Source of the DNA: Candidatus Woesearchaeota archaeon
Lineage (GTDB): Archaea > Nanobdellota > Nanobdellia > Woesearchaeales > ARS49
Assembly: GCA_038891615.1 (NCBI GenBank)
Contig: JAWADY010000003.1
Location: forward strand, 65,834-129,833
Length of the DNA: 64,000 bases
Direction of reading: 5' to 3'
Part shown: positions 30,224-39,242 of the stretch, piece after piece
How positions within the stretch are numbered: the first letter of the stretch is position 1
Layout: every line of letters starts with the position of its first letter
Translations under genes and position numbers: made by a program
Notes under the pieces: generated by a model
The model's database searches: none
The model's input: the letters and a program-made list of their open reading frames with translations, nothing else
Told to the model about the DNA's origin: nothing

Positions 30224-30625
30224 TTAGCCAGCTCCAAGCCCAATCAGCATAGTGCCGCTAACTATCAGTCCTATACCAAGCCATTTCAAAAAGTTCATTC
30301 GCTCGTGCAAAAGAGGTATTGCAAGTAATGTTGTCCATATATATCCTAAGGAAACAAGTGGGTAAAGGACTGAAAGCTCTCCACCCTTAAGTGCCGGTAT
30401 GTAGAGCATGGTTGAAAGGGCGTAGATGGCGATTCCTCCTATCATGTGATAATTCCTGAACTGTTTTAAGGGATTCAAGTTAAATTGCGCTGCTCCCTTT
30501 TTCAACATGATTGGGCCAAGTGAGCCAACCAGAGTTGCCAACGCAACTAGCCCTATAGACCAAAGTGAGGTTGCCATTATTCTAGCTCTTTCTCCATTTT
30601 TGTAGGGTGTTCGCGCCCATGCCAA
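30224..30625 (-). CDS. EamA-like 4-TM half-transporter (DMT superfamily).
   Basis: 133 aa with four TM helices. Pairs with the overlapping upstream paralogue. Confidence 0.5.
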   Translation of the reverse strand: MAWARTPYKNGERARIMATSLWSIGLVALATLVGSLGPIMLKKGAAQFNLNPLKQFRNYHMIGGIAIYALSTMLYIPALKGGELSVLYPLVSLGYIWTTLLAIPLLHERMNFLKWLGIGLIVSGTMLIGLGAG

Positions 30626-30947
30626 GCGTTGTTATGCCCGCAACAATCGCAATAATACCTGCAATCTTGGATAGCTCCAGAGTTTCACCAAAGGCAAGCC
30701 GGGAAAGAATAACAACCCAAATATAACTTGTTGCAATCATTGGATACAAGATTGTAACCTCGCCTCCCTTCAACGCAAACAAAAATATTACCGCAGAAAC
30801 GCCATATATAGAAAGCCCAATTATTAATTCCCAGTTCCAGAAAATGAGTGGGAGCTTTTCAGCACCAGCTTTAGTGAAAAGCTGTGCAATTGATGTAAGC
30901 ACAGTCATAAGCACCACTAGAACTATTGCCCAACCTTTTGTTGCCAT
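30582..30947 (-). CDS. EamA-like 4-TM half-transporter (DMT superfamily).
   Basis: 121 aa with four TM helices. Overlaps the downstream paralogue by 44 nt. Confidence 0.5.
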   Translation of the reverse strand: MATKGWAIVLVVLMTVLTSIAQLFTKAGAEKLPLIFWNWELIIGLSIYGVSAVIFLFALKGGEVTILYPMIATSYIWVVILSRLAFGETLELSKIAGIIAIVAGITTLGMGANTLQKWRKS

Positions 30948-30953
30948 GTGCAG

Positions 30954-32570
30954 TTACTCACCTAACAACACTTGCATTATTGCAGCAAATGCAGGCCTTG
31001 CAATTAATACACCAAAGCTTGTTGCTGCGATTGTTGTTATTGCAAATCCCTTTAGCAATCCAGCGCCTGCAAAGAGTAGTGGAATCATTGCAACAAATAG
31101 TGTTGAATAAGATGCAAAGATTATTGAAAATGAGCGCTTAATCTTTTCTTTTATGCTTAAATACTCTGCTGCGCCTTTTCTCTGACTTTCATCTGCGATT
31201 ATAACAAGTGCATCAACACCAGTTCCTATTGCGATTATTATGCCAGCTATTGCTGCAAGGTCAATGTTCCAGCCAACAAGTGCTGCAAAACCAAGAATGA
31301 GCAAAAGTTCACTAATCAGAATCAAGCCCATTGGAATTGCTATCAAAAGATTTCTATAGTGTGCCATGACAACCACACAGACAGCCAAGATTGCGAGCAG
31401 GCCAACAAAAATTGCATTTTTTACAAAGCCTTCTCCTAAAACTGCTGAGATTGTGTCTGTCTTCACTATTTCAAGCTTAACCGGCAGAGACCCTGTGATA
31501 AGGATTGTTTGCAGCTTCTTCATATTGTTTAGGGCATCCCTCACAGCTTCTTCTTGGCTTACTCCGCTTCCTGGGCCAGAGATTGCAATATCAGTAATCA
31601 CCCTACCTTTTAGCTCAGCAGCGATGTTAAGGGTATCCACAAGAGTGTCATCCAGATAAAGGTCAAGTTGTTTTTCAAGGAAGCGCTCTCCGCCTTTTGT
31701 TATAATAGGAATTCCGCTTGTTATGTTTGCATGCCTCGCAGCTGCCTCTGGGCTAAGTGATATGGAAAAACGGAAACCACAGACCCAGCCCCCTTCGATT
31801 CTTCCACAGCCTTTTGTTGGGTCAAGGCCTGAGCAGTCCGCTGTCCTGCATACATATGTTATGTCGCGACCTCCAACAAAGACTGTCTCATTACCAATCT
31901 TCGCCTCAAACTTTCCTTGTTTTGCGAGAAGGTCTTTGACCTCTTCTTCGGTGACTCCTGCGATTTCAACAACGACAAACTGCTTGCCTGTTCCCCCAAG
32001 TGTTTTTGGTAGGTCTGATGCTGCCCTTACACTTACATCTGTTAAGCCAAAAACGTTCAGGCGTTCTTTCATCCCCTCTATGAGAATGTCAAACTCGTTT
32101 TGGTCTAGAAGCCGTTCTGGCTGCAGCACAACCCTTGTTCCTCCCTGAAGCTCAAGCCCTTTTCTTATGTTGCTTTTTGGTGCTGGAAAGACCCTCAAGC
32201 CAAGCTCTTCTGCAACAACGCTGCTCTCATTATCAATGAGCTTTGGTTTTGTGACAAGCTTATATGTCGCCTTGGTTGTTTGAACAGTGATGCTCTCATT
32301 AGCTTTTAGTTTTTGAACAAACTTCTCATAATCATTAACATCTTTTATTCTTATGCCATTCATCCATAGTATCCGCTCACGAGACATTAACGGCTTTGAA
32401 GGGTCAGGGCTTGGAATGCCAGCAAGAGCTGCGGAACTATTTCTAGCAATTGCACGTATTGCAACCCCATCTGCCCATGGACTCGGTTTTATGGCAATGA
32501 TTGCAAATATCAGAAACAAAAGCAAAATGATGACCCGCCAATTTGTTAAAATCTTTTTAAGCTTGGACAT
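30954..32570 (-). CDS. secD: Protein-export membrane protein SecD.
   Basis: 538 aa. N-terminal TM helix, a large periplasmic domain, and a C-terminal 5-TM bundle with conserved SecD pattern (...GVDALVIIADE...). Confidence 0.85.
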   Translation of the reverse strand: MSKLKKILTNWRVIILLLFLIFAIIAIKPSPWADGVAIRAIARNSSAALAGIPSPDPSKPLMSRERILWMNGIRIKDVNDYEKFVQKLKANESITVQTTKATYKLVTKPKLIDNESSVVAEELGLRVFPAPKSNIRKGLELQGGTRVVLQPERLLDQNEFDILIEGMKERLNVFGLTDVSVRAASDLPKTLGGTGKQFVVVEIAGVTEEEVKDLLAKQGKFEAKIGNETVFVGGRDITYVCRTADCSGLDPTKGCGRIEGGWVCGFRFSISLSPEAAARHANITSGIPIITKGGERFLEKQLDLYLDDTLVDTLNIAAELKGRVITDIAISGPGSGVSQEEAVRDALNNMKKLQTILITGSLPVKLEIVKTDTISAVLGEGFVKNAIFVGLLAILAVCVVVMAHYRNLLIAIPMGLILISELLLILGFAALVGWNIDLAAIAGIIIAIGTGVDALVIIADESQRKGAAEYLSIKEKIKRSFSIIFASYSTLFVAMIPLLFAGAGLLKGFAITTIAATSFGVLIARPAFAAIMQVLLGE

Positions 32571-33492
32571 TTTTTCTCTCCTTTAGTTCAAGATAAAGTC
32601 TTAGAAGCCCGACATTCTGTATCCATGTATATATCATGTCAACAAGCAGTCCTATGAGTGTTATCAGCATTATCTGCCGCACGGTATCTGCTGTGATGAA
32701 AATGAGCCCAACAAGGATTGCTGCAAGTGTGGTTGTAGTCATAGTTAGCCCAGTGCGTATTGCCGAATAAATTCTTTCCATCACGCTCCCTTCCTTCCTC
32801 CGCAGAACGTTTGTGCTAAGAAGCATATCTGTATCAATTGAATAACCAATGAGCATAAGGAAAGCAGCAACACCAGCTGTTGTTAGCTTTATCCCGGTAA
32901 GATTAAAAACAGCCAATGTAACAATGATATCACATATCACACAATAGATTGCGATGACGCTTGGCACAAAGCTCCTGAAAAAAAGGAAAACAACAATAGC
33001 CATCAACAGGAACGCACCAAGGACTGCTCTTAGTGCAATCTTAAAGAAGCTTTGCCCAAGCAACGAGCCTGTGAGTTCCATAGAATATTCTTCTCTTTTT
33101 AGTCCTAACTTTTCAAGTATTCCGACCATTTGCTGGGTTTGAACACCAGCCGCCTCAAGAATAATCTGCTCTTTTCCAAGGAGCCTTAGTGAAACCTCAC
33201 TGCTCTTGTCCAGCTCTTTTTTCAACAGGCTCTCAAGTTTTTCTTTGGATATCTTTTCAGCAGGAATCGTTACAACAAGTCCACCTTTTAGGCTTATCCC
33301 TTTGTTGACAAAATCGCCTGTTTTTGCAGACTGATAAGCAATTTGAGCTATGGAAAGAACAAGAAGAAAAATTGGAATTAGCAGTAGTTTTTTGTAATGG
33401 TCTTCATAGAGCTTTTTTAGAAAAGGCTTGACTGGTCTCTCGAGTGCTTCTTTTGAAGACTGCTGCATTTTCATCAAAACCCCAAACAGCAA
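32557..33492 (-). CDS. secF: Protein-export membrane protein SecF.
   Basis: 311 aa. SecF-type TM bundle (LIGYSIDTDMLLSTNVL...). Archaeal secF-secD gene order. Confidence 0.85.
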   Translation of the reverse strand: MLFGVLMKMQQSSKEALERPVKPFLKKLYEDHYKKLLLIPIFLLVLSIAQIAYQSAKTGDFVNKGISLKGGLVVTIPAEKISKEKLESLLKKELDKSSEVSLRLLGKEQIILEAAGVQTQQMVGILEKLGLKREEYSMELTGSLLGQSFFKIALRAVLGAFLLMAIVVFLFFRSFVPSVIAIYCVICDIIVTLAVFNLTGIKLTTAGVAAFLMLIGYSIDTDMLLSTNVLRRKEGSVMERIYSAIRTGLTMTTTTLAAILVGLIFITADTVRQIMLITLIGLLVDMIYTWIQNVGLLRLYLELKERKNVQA

Positions 33493-33554
33493 AAAAGAAC
33501 AGCTTTTATAAAGCTTTTGAGAAAAGGTGAATTGACAACAAGCACCAAATAAAG

Positions 33555-34154
33555 CTAGAACACTGCTTTGACAAGCCCTGACCAGAACTTCCAGCCATCA
33601 AATGGTGGGATTGGCAGCATGTTAAAAACTAACAGCAAAATGTTTATTTGCATTGTTAGATAGAGCACAAGCATAGTAGTTCTGAGGCTTTTTGGTGGAA
33701 GCTTGCGCCTAGCAAGATATTTCATGGCGACCTTTTTCTTCAAACTGCCAAACATAAGCCAAGCTAGTAATCCAAGAACTCCATTTACTGCTGGCCCTGA
33801 GCCTGCTATGAGCGCTTGTTGTAGTGATGATAATTGGAGAGTGCTTGATATGCTCACATAGCCTGGTATAAAAAAGATGAACTTTGAACCAAGAAGCCTA
33901 AGGCCAATTCCTAGTGCTAGAAAAGGATACGCTGCGTGAAAAGTTGCGTTTAAGCCATAGCTAACTGCCACAAACTTGTGCAGCAACTCGTGAAGAATTA
34001 GCGCTGGAGCAGTAACCACACATGCTATCCAAAAAGCCTTGAAATCAAAACCCTTAACAGGTCTGAGCCTGAATGCGCTTATTGCAGGCATGAATATGTA
34101 GCCAACAGCCGCTGTCATCGCCACAATGTCGAGAAGCTCGCGAATAGCTATCAT
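33555..34154 (-). CDS. Membrane metalloprotease-like protein (M50/site-2 protease-like HExxH).
   Basis: 199 aa, polytopic. HELLHKF inside a TM helix, as in M50 family proteases. Confidence 0.45.
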   Translation of the reverse strand: MIAIRELLDIVAMTAAVGYIFMPAISAFRLRPVKGFDFKAFWIACVVTAPALILHELLHKFVAVSYGLNATFHAAYPFLALGIGLRLLGSKFIFFIPGYVSISSTLQLSSLQQALIAGSGPAVNGVLGLLAWLMFGSLKKKVAMKYLARRKLPPKSLRTTMLVLYLTMQINILLLVFNMLPIPPFDGWKFWSGLVKAVF

Positions 34155-34221
34155 CTCTGTTTACACAAAAATAGGTTTTTTATAAATCTGCCGTTTGCAG
34201 AGAAGGCTGATGAGTGAGCTA

Positions 34222-35178
34222 TTAACTGAGCAGATAGTCCTTAATTTTTCTTTCTATGAAGAAAAGAGCCTTACCAAAGTTTTCTAAAGAAATACTCCTA
34301 AACTCGCTAGCAATTGATGCATCCGCGGCATGAGCATGCCCTCCACCACCAAAGAGCCTTGCTAAGGCTTTCATGTTTATAGCACAACCAGCCTTACGCC
34401 TAAAAGTCAAACCTCCATCTTTATAGACCACTACCGCAACATCTATGTTTGGAGAGTCAAGAATTGCCTGCGTAGCGTCGCCAGGGCTAAGGCTTTTGTC
34501 CGCGAGTCCAAAAGCAAAGTTTTTGTTCAAATAGCTCTTCACAACAATGGTGTTTTTGAGTTGAGTTAGTAAATGAGCCTTTCTTTTTAGGTACTCAGCC
34601 CTAAATTCTTCAAATTCCTGACACCAGAAGATTCCTTTAGAGAGTGCATCAACAAGTTGCCTTTTATCAAAATTTGCAGCAATAATGTCCGCGAGCTTTA
34701 CTGCACGCTGGTCACGCCTTTGCCAAAGGCTTATGTCTGAAGCAATCGACATAAGTGCACTTGCCACAAGGTCATTTGGAAGGAATCTGTTGTAGGCAAA
34801 CTCTGTAGCACAAATAAGCCCTTCCTTTCCATCTTTTGCTGAAAGTGCGTCAAAAATTTTTACAAACCTCTTCATAACAGTGGTTGTGTGTTCAGAACAT
34901 GGTTGCCAGCTTGACCAATAAACAATTCTGTTGCGCTTGGTGAGCTTTACAAGCTTTTCCTCTATACTAGAAATTTTCTCTGGGCTAAAGCCGAGAACAA
35001 AAAAGAGGCAATTCTCCAGCATTGCCATTTGGTCGAGGACTGAGTTGTAGTTGACGTAGTTAAAAAATCCACCCAGCTTTGGCTCTTCGCCCCTCAACCT
35101 GCCATAGCGAAGAACGATGGCTGCTGCACAAATCCCATCAAGTTCTTCACTGGCATAAATCACCCACCTCTGGCTCAT
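34222..35178 (-). CDS. DHH/DHHA1 family phosphoesterase-like protein (NrnA-like), possibly catalytically degenerate.
   Basis: C-terminal GGGGHAHAAD (the DHHA1 GGGH motif). N-terminal motif I is weakened (ASEELDG) and no DHH triad was seen. Confidence 0.5.
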   Translation of the reverse strand: MSQRWVIYASEELDGICAAAIVLRYGRLRGEEPKLGGFFNYVNYNSVLDQMAMLENCLFFVLGFSPEKISSIEEKLVKLTKRNRIVYWSSWQPCSEHTTTVMKRFVKIFDALSAKDGKEGLICATEFAYNRFLPNDLVASALMSIASDISLWQRRDQRAVKLADIIAANFDKRQLVDALSKGIFWCQEFEEFRAEYLKRKAHLLTQLKNTIVVKSYLNKNFAFGLADKSLSPGDATQAILDSPNIDVAVVVYKDGGLTFRRKAGCAINMKALARLFGGGGHAHAADASIASEFRSISLENFGKALFFIERKIKDYLLS

Positions 35179-35232
35179 GGCTTATAGGTGGTTTGTGTTT
35201 TATTTAAATTTGTCGTCGAATTCGACTTTTGG

Positions 35233-35922
35233 CTATGACATTATCCCATACCACTTATAGAGAAGCCTGTCAACAGCCTTGACAAGTTCTAGTTGTCTGC
35301 CCTGAACGATTACGCATCTGCCATTAAATACCACTTCAGGCTTTTCGGACTCACGAATATAAATTACTGCAGTTGCTGCCCTACCTCTTTTATTTGCTTC
35401 CTCACAGGTTATTATTGTTCTGTTTGTGCAAGGCCCTGTTACGTTCTTTGTGCAAGCGGCTTCAAGATTAACCCCAAGAACTTGCGCGAGGCTTATGCTC
35501 AGTTCTGCTGCTCCAAGCGCGACATAGGTAAGATTTTCAGTGTCAGGGTCGAAGGTTATAAATGTGACATTTGCTTCATTAAATGCCTCATCAAGACTGC
35601 CGGTTATGCTGACATTTTCCACTTCGTAAGGATTGAATCTGAAGGGGATTGTATAAAGCTCCTTGCCGTACTGCCATTGAGTAAACCAACTGCCAGCGCT
35701 CTTGATAAAATCAAACTGATTATACCTTACCATCTCAATTGGCTGTTTGGCTGGAAGGAGCTTTAAAACAACAACTATGCCAACAAAAGCCACAACGACA
35801 GCTGCGATAAGCAAGACAAAAAGTTTTTGTCTAGAGTCCTCTTTCTTATGCCCTTCGCTGCTTTTGTCCAAGCTTTTTTGAGCTTGAAGCCCTGGCTCTT
35901 TTTTTTCTTCAATGCTTGGCAT
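35233..35922 (-). CDS. Membrane-anchored extracytoplasmic protein (hypothetical), paralogue of the next gene.
   Basis: Basic N-terminus, a single TM helix, an ectodomain with several NxT sequons, and a conserved C-terminal ...YGIMS. Confidence 0.4.
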   Translation of the reverse strand: MPSIEEKKEPGLQAQKSLDKSSEGHKKEDSRQKLFVLLIAAVVVAFVGIVVVLKLLPAKQPIEMVRYNQFDFIKSAGSWFTQWQYGKELYTIPFRFNPYEVENVSITGSLDEAFNEANVTFITFDPDTENLTYVALGAAELSISLAQVLGVNLEAACTKNVTGPCTNRTIITCEEANKRGRAATAVIYIRESEKPEVVFNGRCVIVQGRQLELVKAVDRLLYKWYGIMS

Positions 35923-35928
35923 TGGTAT

Positions 35929-36498
35929 TCATCTCATTATTCCTGTTAGTCCATAAACAAGTCTTTCTGCCTGCATAATAATCTCTTGTTCGTTCTGGGC
36001 CGAGAGCTTAAGACAGTTCTCGCTGAAATCTGCCCCCTCGCTTCCTTCAGAAATAAGAACTAATGGTGAAAGGGCTGTTGCATTTCTACAATCAAGCTGA
36101 AGTAGGTATCCTGTACTATTTGTTAGGCCCTTTTGGACAAATATGCCAAGTTCTGAAAGTGCCTTTTCAAGATAAAACTGTGCTTGGGCCATCCCTTCAA
36201 CAAGACTTGAATTTGGCTCATAGCTTATTGAAATAACTCTTGAATTTTTTAAAGCAGCTATTGCATCAGCTGGAAGGCTTACCGATTCAAGCGCTGTTGG
36301 AAGATAGTTGAAGTACAATAGCTTGCCGTCAACCTTTACCTTATAGCCTTGTGCTGTCTGAACAAATCTATAGCCGTTGTATTCAAAGCTGCCAGAGCTG
36401 CTTTGACCAATAATGAAACCTGCTGTGCTCAATATCATTACTGCTGCTATGAAGATTGCAATCATCGTTTTCCGCTTTTTTTCCCTTTTGTCTTGCAT
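35929..36498 (-). CDS. Membrane-anchored extracytoplasmic protein (hypothetical), paralogue of the previous gene.
   Basis: Same architecture. C-terminal ...YGLTGIMR is alignable with the neighbour. Confidence 0.4.
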   Translation of the reverse strand: MQDKREKKRKTMIAIFIAAVMILSTAGFIIGQSSSGSFEYNGYRFVQTAQGYKVKVDGKLLYFNYLPTALESVSLPADAIAALKNSRVISISYEPNSSLVEGMAQAQFYLEKALSELGIFVQKGLTNSTGYLLQLDCRNATALSPLVLISEGSEGADFSENCLKLSAQNEQEIIMQAERLVYGLTGIMR

Positions 36499-36517
36499 CC
36501 TTCACCCTTATGCTAAA

Positions 36518-36614
36518 AGCCCCGGGGGAGAGTTGCACTCCCGACCTTCTGCTTACGAGGCAGACGCATTAGCCAACCTCATTCTTTGGTTTCTAGCTGC
36601 TGTGCTACCGGGGC
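36518..36614 (-). tRNA. tRNA-Thr (anticodon CGU) with an insertion of about 23 nt in the D-arm region.
   Basis: Minus strand. Acceptor GCCCCGG/CCGGGGC (7 bp), U8, anticodon stem TCTGC/GCAGA with loop CUCGUAA, 5-nt variable loop, T-arm GGGAG-TGCAACT-CTCCC directly abutting the acceptor. The gene is 96 nt, and the extra length maps between position 9 and the anticodon stem. Confidence 0.5.
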
Positions 36615-36623
36615 AGGACAACC

Positions 36624-36782
36624 CTATTTTATTTGTTCCAAAATCTTTTCTTTTGTGCGGAACCGTTTTTGACAAGCAAAACAGATAATGTGCTGCTTTC
36701 CTTTTTCATCCTTTATGTATGTGCCAATAGGTTTTTTTAGGAAGGTTTCTTGAACTTGCTCTTTGCATATTTCGCATTTCAT
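36624..36782 (-). CDS. Small zinc-ribbon protein (52 aa, CxxC...CxxC).
   Basis: MKCEICKEQ...HIICFACQKRF. ATG lies 23 nt from a palindromic TATA box, consistent with a leaderless transcript. The track ORF extends to 36890 but would then overlap ABCE1. Confidence 0.4.
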   Translation of the reverse strand: MKCEICKEQVQETFLKKPIGTYIKDEKGKQHIICFACQKRFRTKEKILEQIK

Positions 36783-36804
36783 CGATGAAAGGCTGGCGTC
36801 AAGA

Positions 36805-36812
36805 TTTATAAA
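36805..36812. promoter_or_regulatory. Palindromic TATA box TTTATAAA between the divergent zinc-ribbon gene and ABCE1.
   Basis: Self-complementary octamer. It lies 23 nt from the minus-strand ATG (36782) and 36 nt from the ABCE1 ATG (36848). Confidence 0.4.
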
Positions 36813-36847
36813 GTTTGCCAGGTAGCTTTGTTTAACTTTTAGCAAAA

Positions 36848-38602
36848 ATGCCGAAGATAGCAATTGTTCACAAGGATAGGTGCAACCCACAAGGCTGTGG
36901 AGGATATCTTTGCATAAGGGTTTGTCCTGTCAACAGGATGGGCAAAGAGCATATAACAATAGACCCTTTTGACAAAAAGATAAGAATAAATCCAGAGCTC
37001 ACCGGTTTTGGCTGCGCGATTGAGGCAAACAGATGTCCATTTTCTGCCATAGAACTGATAAATCTTCCAGAAGAGCTTGCACAACAGCCAATACACCAAT
37101 ATGGCTTAAATGGCTTTCACCTCTTCAGGCTGCCAATGCCTGTTTTTGGAAAAGTACTAGGAATCATTGGTCAAAATGGGATTGGCAAGTCAAGCTGTCT
37201 AAGGATTCTTGCAGGCATTCTTCAGCCAAACCTCGGCAAAGAAAAGGCATCTCTTGCTCAACTCTTGGAACATTTCAAAGGAACAGAAGCGCAGCCTTTT
37301 TTTCAGGCGCTTGCTGAGAAGAAGATAACCGCAAGCTTCAAGCCACAACAGGTTGACCTTATTCCAAAGCAATTCAAAGGAAAGCTTATCGACTTTCTTA
37401 AGAAATTTGACCAAAAAGGGCAGATGCATGAAGTTGTAGAAAAGCTTGGTCTAACACCCTTGCTAGAACGCCAGATGGATGTTCTTTCAGGCGGTGAGCT
37501 TCAAAGAGCAGCGATTGCGGCAGCGAGTCTGAAAGCTGCAAACCTCTATCTTTTTGATGAGCCAACAAATTTTTTGGACATAAAAGAAAGGCTTGTTGTA
37601 GCTAACTTTATCAGTAGTCTTGCAACTCCTAGTGCTGTTGTTGTCGCTGATCACGACCTTCTCATTCTTGATAGCATGGTTCAACTCGTTCACATACTTT
37701 ATGGCAAAGCGGCCTGCTACGGTCTCGTCTCACATCCGATGGCTGTTAGAACCGGCATCAATACCTATCTCTCAGGATACATCAGGGAAGAAAAAATGAA
37801 ATTCAGACAGTCAGAAATTCGCTTTGAGACAAAACCTCCTGTTGTAAAGCGTGAAGGAGAAGAAATAACTTCATGGGCAGGCTTATCAAAAAAGCTCGGC
37901 GAATTTGTACTAAAAACTGGCCAAGGAAAAATTTTTTGCAAAGAGGTTATTGGTGTTGTTGGCGAGAATGGAATAGGAAAAACAACATTCGCAAAAATAC
38001 TTGCAGGGCAACTTGAGCCGGATTCTGGAGAGTTGCACAAAAAGGTCACAATAGGCTACAAGCCACAGTATCTTGAAACAAATTCAGAAGAACTTGTTGG
38101 AAGCATTTTGGAGGAAGCTGTTGTAAAGTACGAGAATGAGCTAATAAAACCTCTTGAGCTTAAATGGTTGCTTGGAAAACCACTTAACGAGCTTTCTGGT
38201 GGAGAGCTGCAAAGAGTAGCAATAGCACACTGCCTGAGCCATGAGGCTAAGCTTTATCTACTCGACGAACCTTCTGCGTACCTTGATGTTGAGCAAAGGC
38301 TTGCTGTTGCGCGATTGATTAGGGATGTTGCGGAAAAGCGCGAATGCGCAATTCTTGTCATAGATCACGACTTAATGTTTATTGATTATGTTTCAAATAG
38401 GCTTATGGTTTTTAATGGCAATCCTGGCATTTCTGGTCTTGCAGAAGGTCCTTTTGATATGGAGAACGGAATGAATGCATTTCTAAGTTCTGTTGGGATA
38501 ACAATAAGGCGAGATTTAGAAAGTAAAAGGCCAAGAATAAACAAGCCTGGAAGCAGGCTCGATAGAGAACAAAAAGCTTCTGGAAAATATTATTATTCCT
38601 GA
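36848..38602 (+). CDS. abce1: ABCE1/RLI ribosome-recycling ATPase.
   Basis: N-terminal 2x[4Fe-4S] domain (CNPQGCGGYLCIRVCPV...CAIEANRCPFSAI) followed by twin ABC ATPase cassettes (two Walker A GQNGIGKS/GENGIGKT sites and two LSGGELQR signatures). Confidence 0.9.
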   Translation: MPKIAIVHKDRCNPQGCGGYLCIRVCPVNRMGKEHITIDPFDKKIRINPELTGFGCAIEANRCPFSAIELINLPEELAQQPIHQYGLNGFHLFRLPMPVFGKVLGIIGQNGIGKSSCLRILAGILQPNLGKEKASLAQLLEHFKGTEAQPFFQALAEKKITASFKPQQVDLIPKQFKGKLIDFLKKFDQKGQMHEVVEKLGLTPLLERQMDVLSGGELQRAAIAAASLKAANLYLFDEPTNFLDIKERLVVANFISSLATPSAVVVADHDLLILDSMVQLVHILYGKAACYGLVSHPMAVRTGINTYLSGYIREEKMKFRQSEIRFETKPPVVKREGEEITSWAGLSKKLGEFVLKTGQGKIFCKEVIGVVGENGIGKTTFAKILAGQLEPDSGELHKKVTIGYKPQYLETNSEELVGSILEEAVVKYENELIKPLELKWLLGKPLNELSGGELQRVAIAHCLSHEAKLYLLDEPSAYLDVEQRLAVARLIRDVAEKRECAILVIDHDLMFIDYVSNRLMVFNGNPGISGLAEGPFDMENGMNAFLSSVGITIRRDLESKRPRINKPGSRLDREQKASGKYYYS

Positions 38603-38605
38603 AAA

Positions 38606-39190
38606 TTAGGCTCTTCCTCTGCTTTCACCTTTCACCACACCAGCCGCAATGAGATGAGCGACACGTAATGGTTCAGGAATGAAGGAACGAGTACAAGTTC
38701 TCTTAATGAGGGCAACAGCCTGTTCTAAGTCGATTCCAACAGCTTGGATGTAAATCTTGCCAATCTTCTTAGGCTTTGGAAGCTTCTCAATCAGAGCAAT
38801 TTTGTCTTCCATGCCTATTTTCTTCAGAACAGAATATATTCTCTTAAAATTTGGATAGTCGCGGACAGCCACTATTACCGGAATTCCTGTAAGCTTATGC
38901 AGTCTTGGGATGTCAACTATGTTAAATCCACCAACACTTATCCCGTGAAGAAATATTGCCCTTAATTGAGCTTTGAACTTCGACTTGTTTATCATCTCTG
39001 CAATTTTCTTTGTTGAGTTTCTGCCATCAACCCTTGCCCTTGTGCTTAACACACCATCCATCGCAAGCCCGCCTCGAAAAACAGTGCCAACTATCAAAAC
39101 ATTTTTGTCTTTGAACTTGTCAAATGGTCCATCATCAATGCCTATGGTGCGGACCTCCTCTTTTACCACAATTGGGCTCTTTCTTGGCAC
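38606..39190 (-). CDS. DUF99/UPF0215 family protein.
   Basis: IGIDDGPF...VLIVGTVFRGGLAMDGV pattern typical of the archaeal UPF0215 family. Start proposed at the GTG at 39190 (23 nt from TATA), because the track start at 39268 would overlap the divergent phosphoesterase gene. Confidence 0.5.
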   Translation of the reverse strand: MPRKSPIVVKEEVRTIGIDDGPFDKFKDKNVLIVGTVFRGGLAMDGVLSTRARVDGRNSTKKIAEMINKSKFKAQLRAIFLHGISVGGFNIVDIPRLHKLTGIPVIVAVRDYPNFKRIYSVLKKIGMEDKIALIEKLPKPKKIGKIYIQAVGIDLEQAVALIKRTCTRSFIPEPLRVAHLIAAGVVKGESRGRA

Positions 39191-39212
39191 AGCCTTCCCT
39201 TGTCGACAAAGA

Positions 39213-39220
39213 TTTATAAA
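39213..39220. promoter_or_regulatory. Palindromic TATA box TTTATAAA shared by divergent leaderless genes.
   Basis: Exactly 23 nt from the GTG at 39190 (minus) and 23 nt from the ATG at 39243 (plus). Confidence 0.4.
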
Positions 39221-39242
39221 TCTGATGGCAAGAACTTTCTCT

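Noticed and set aside
36519-36614. Plus-strand reading of the tRNA (anticodon ACG, Arg).
   Set aside because: No T-arm can be formed adjacent to the 3' acceptor strand on the plus strand. The minus strand gives a canonical T-arm and variable loop.
38973-39242. Long N-terminal extension of the metallophosphoesterase.
   Set aside because: Would overlap the divergent DUF99 gene by about 300 nt. The TATA box at 39213 and the MKLLTCSDIHG consensus favour the start at 39243.
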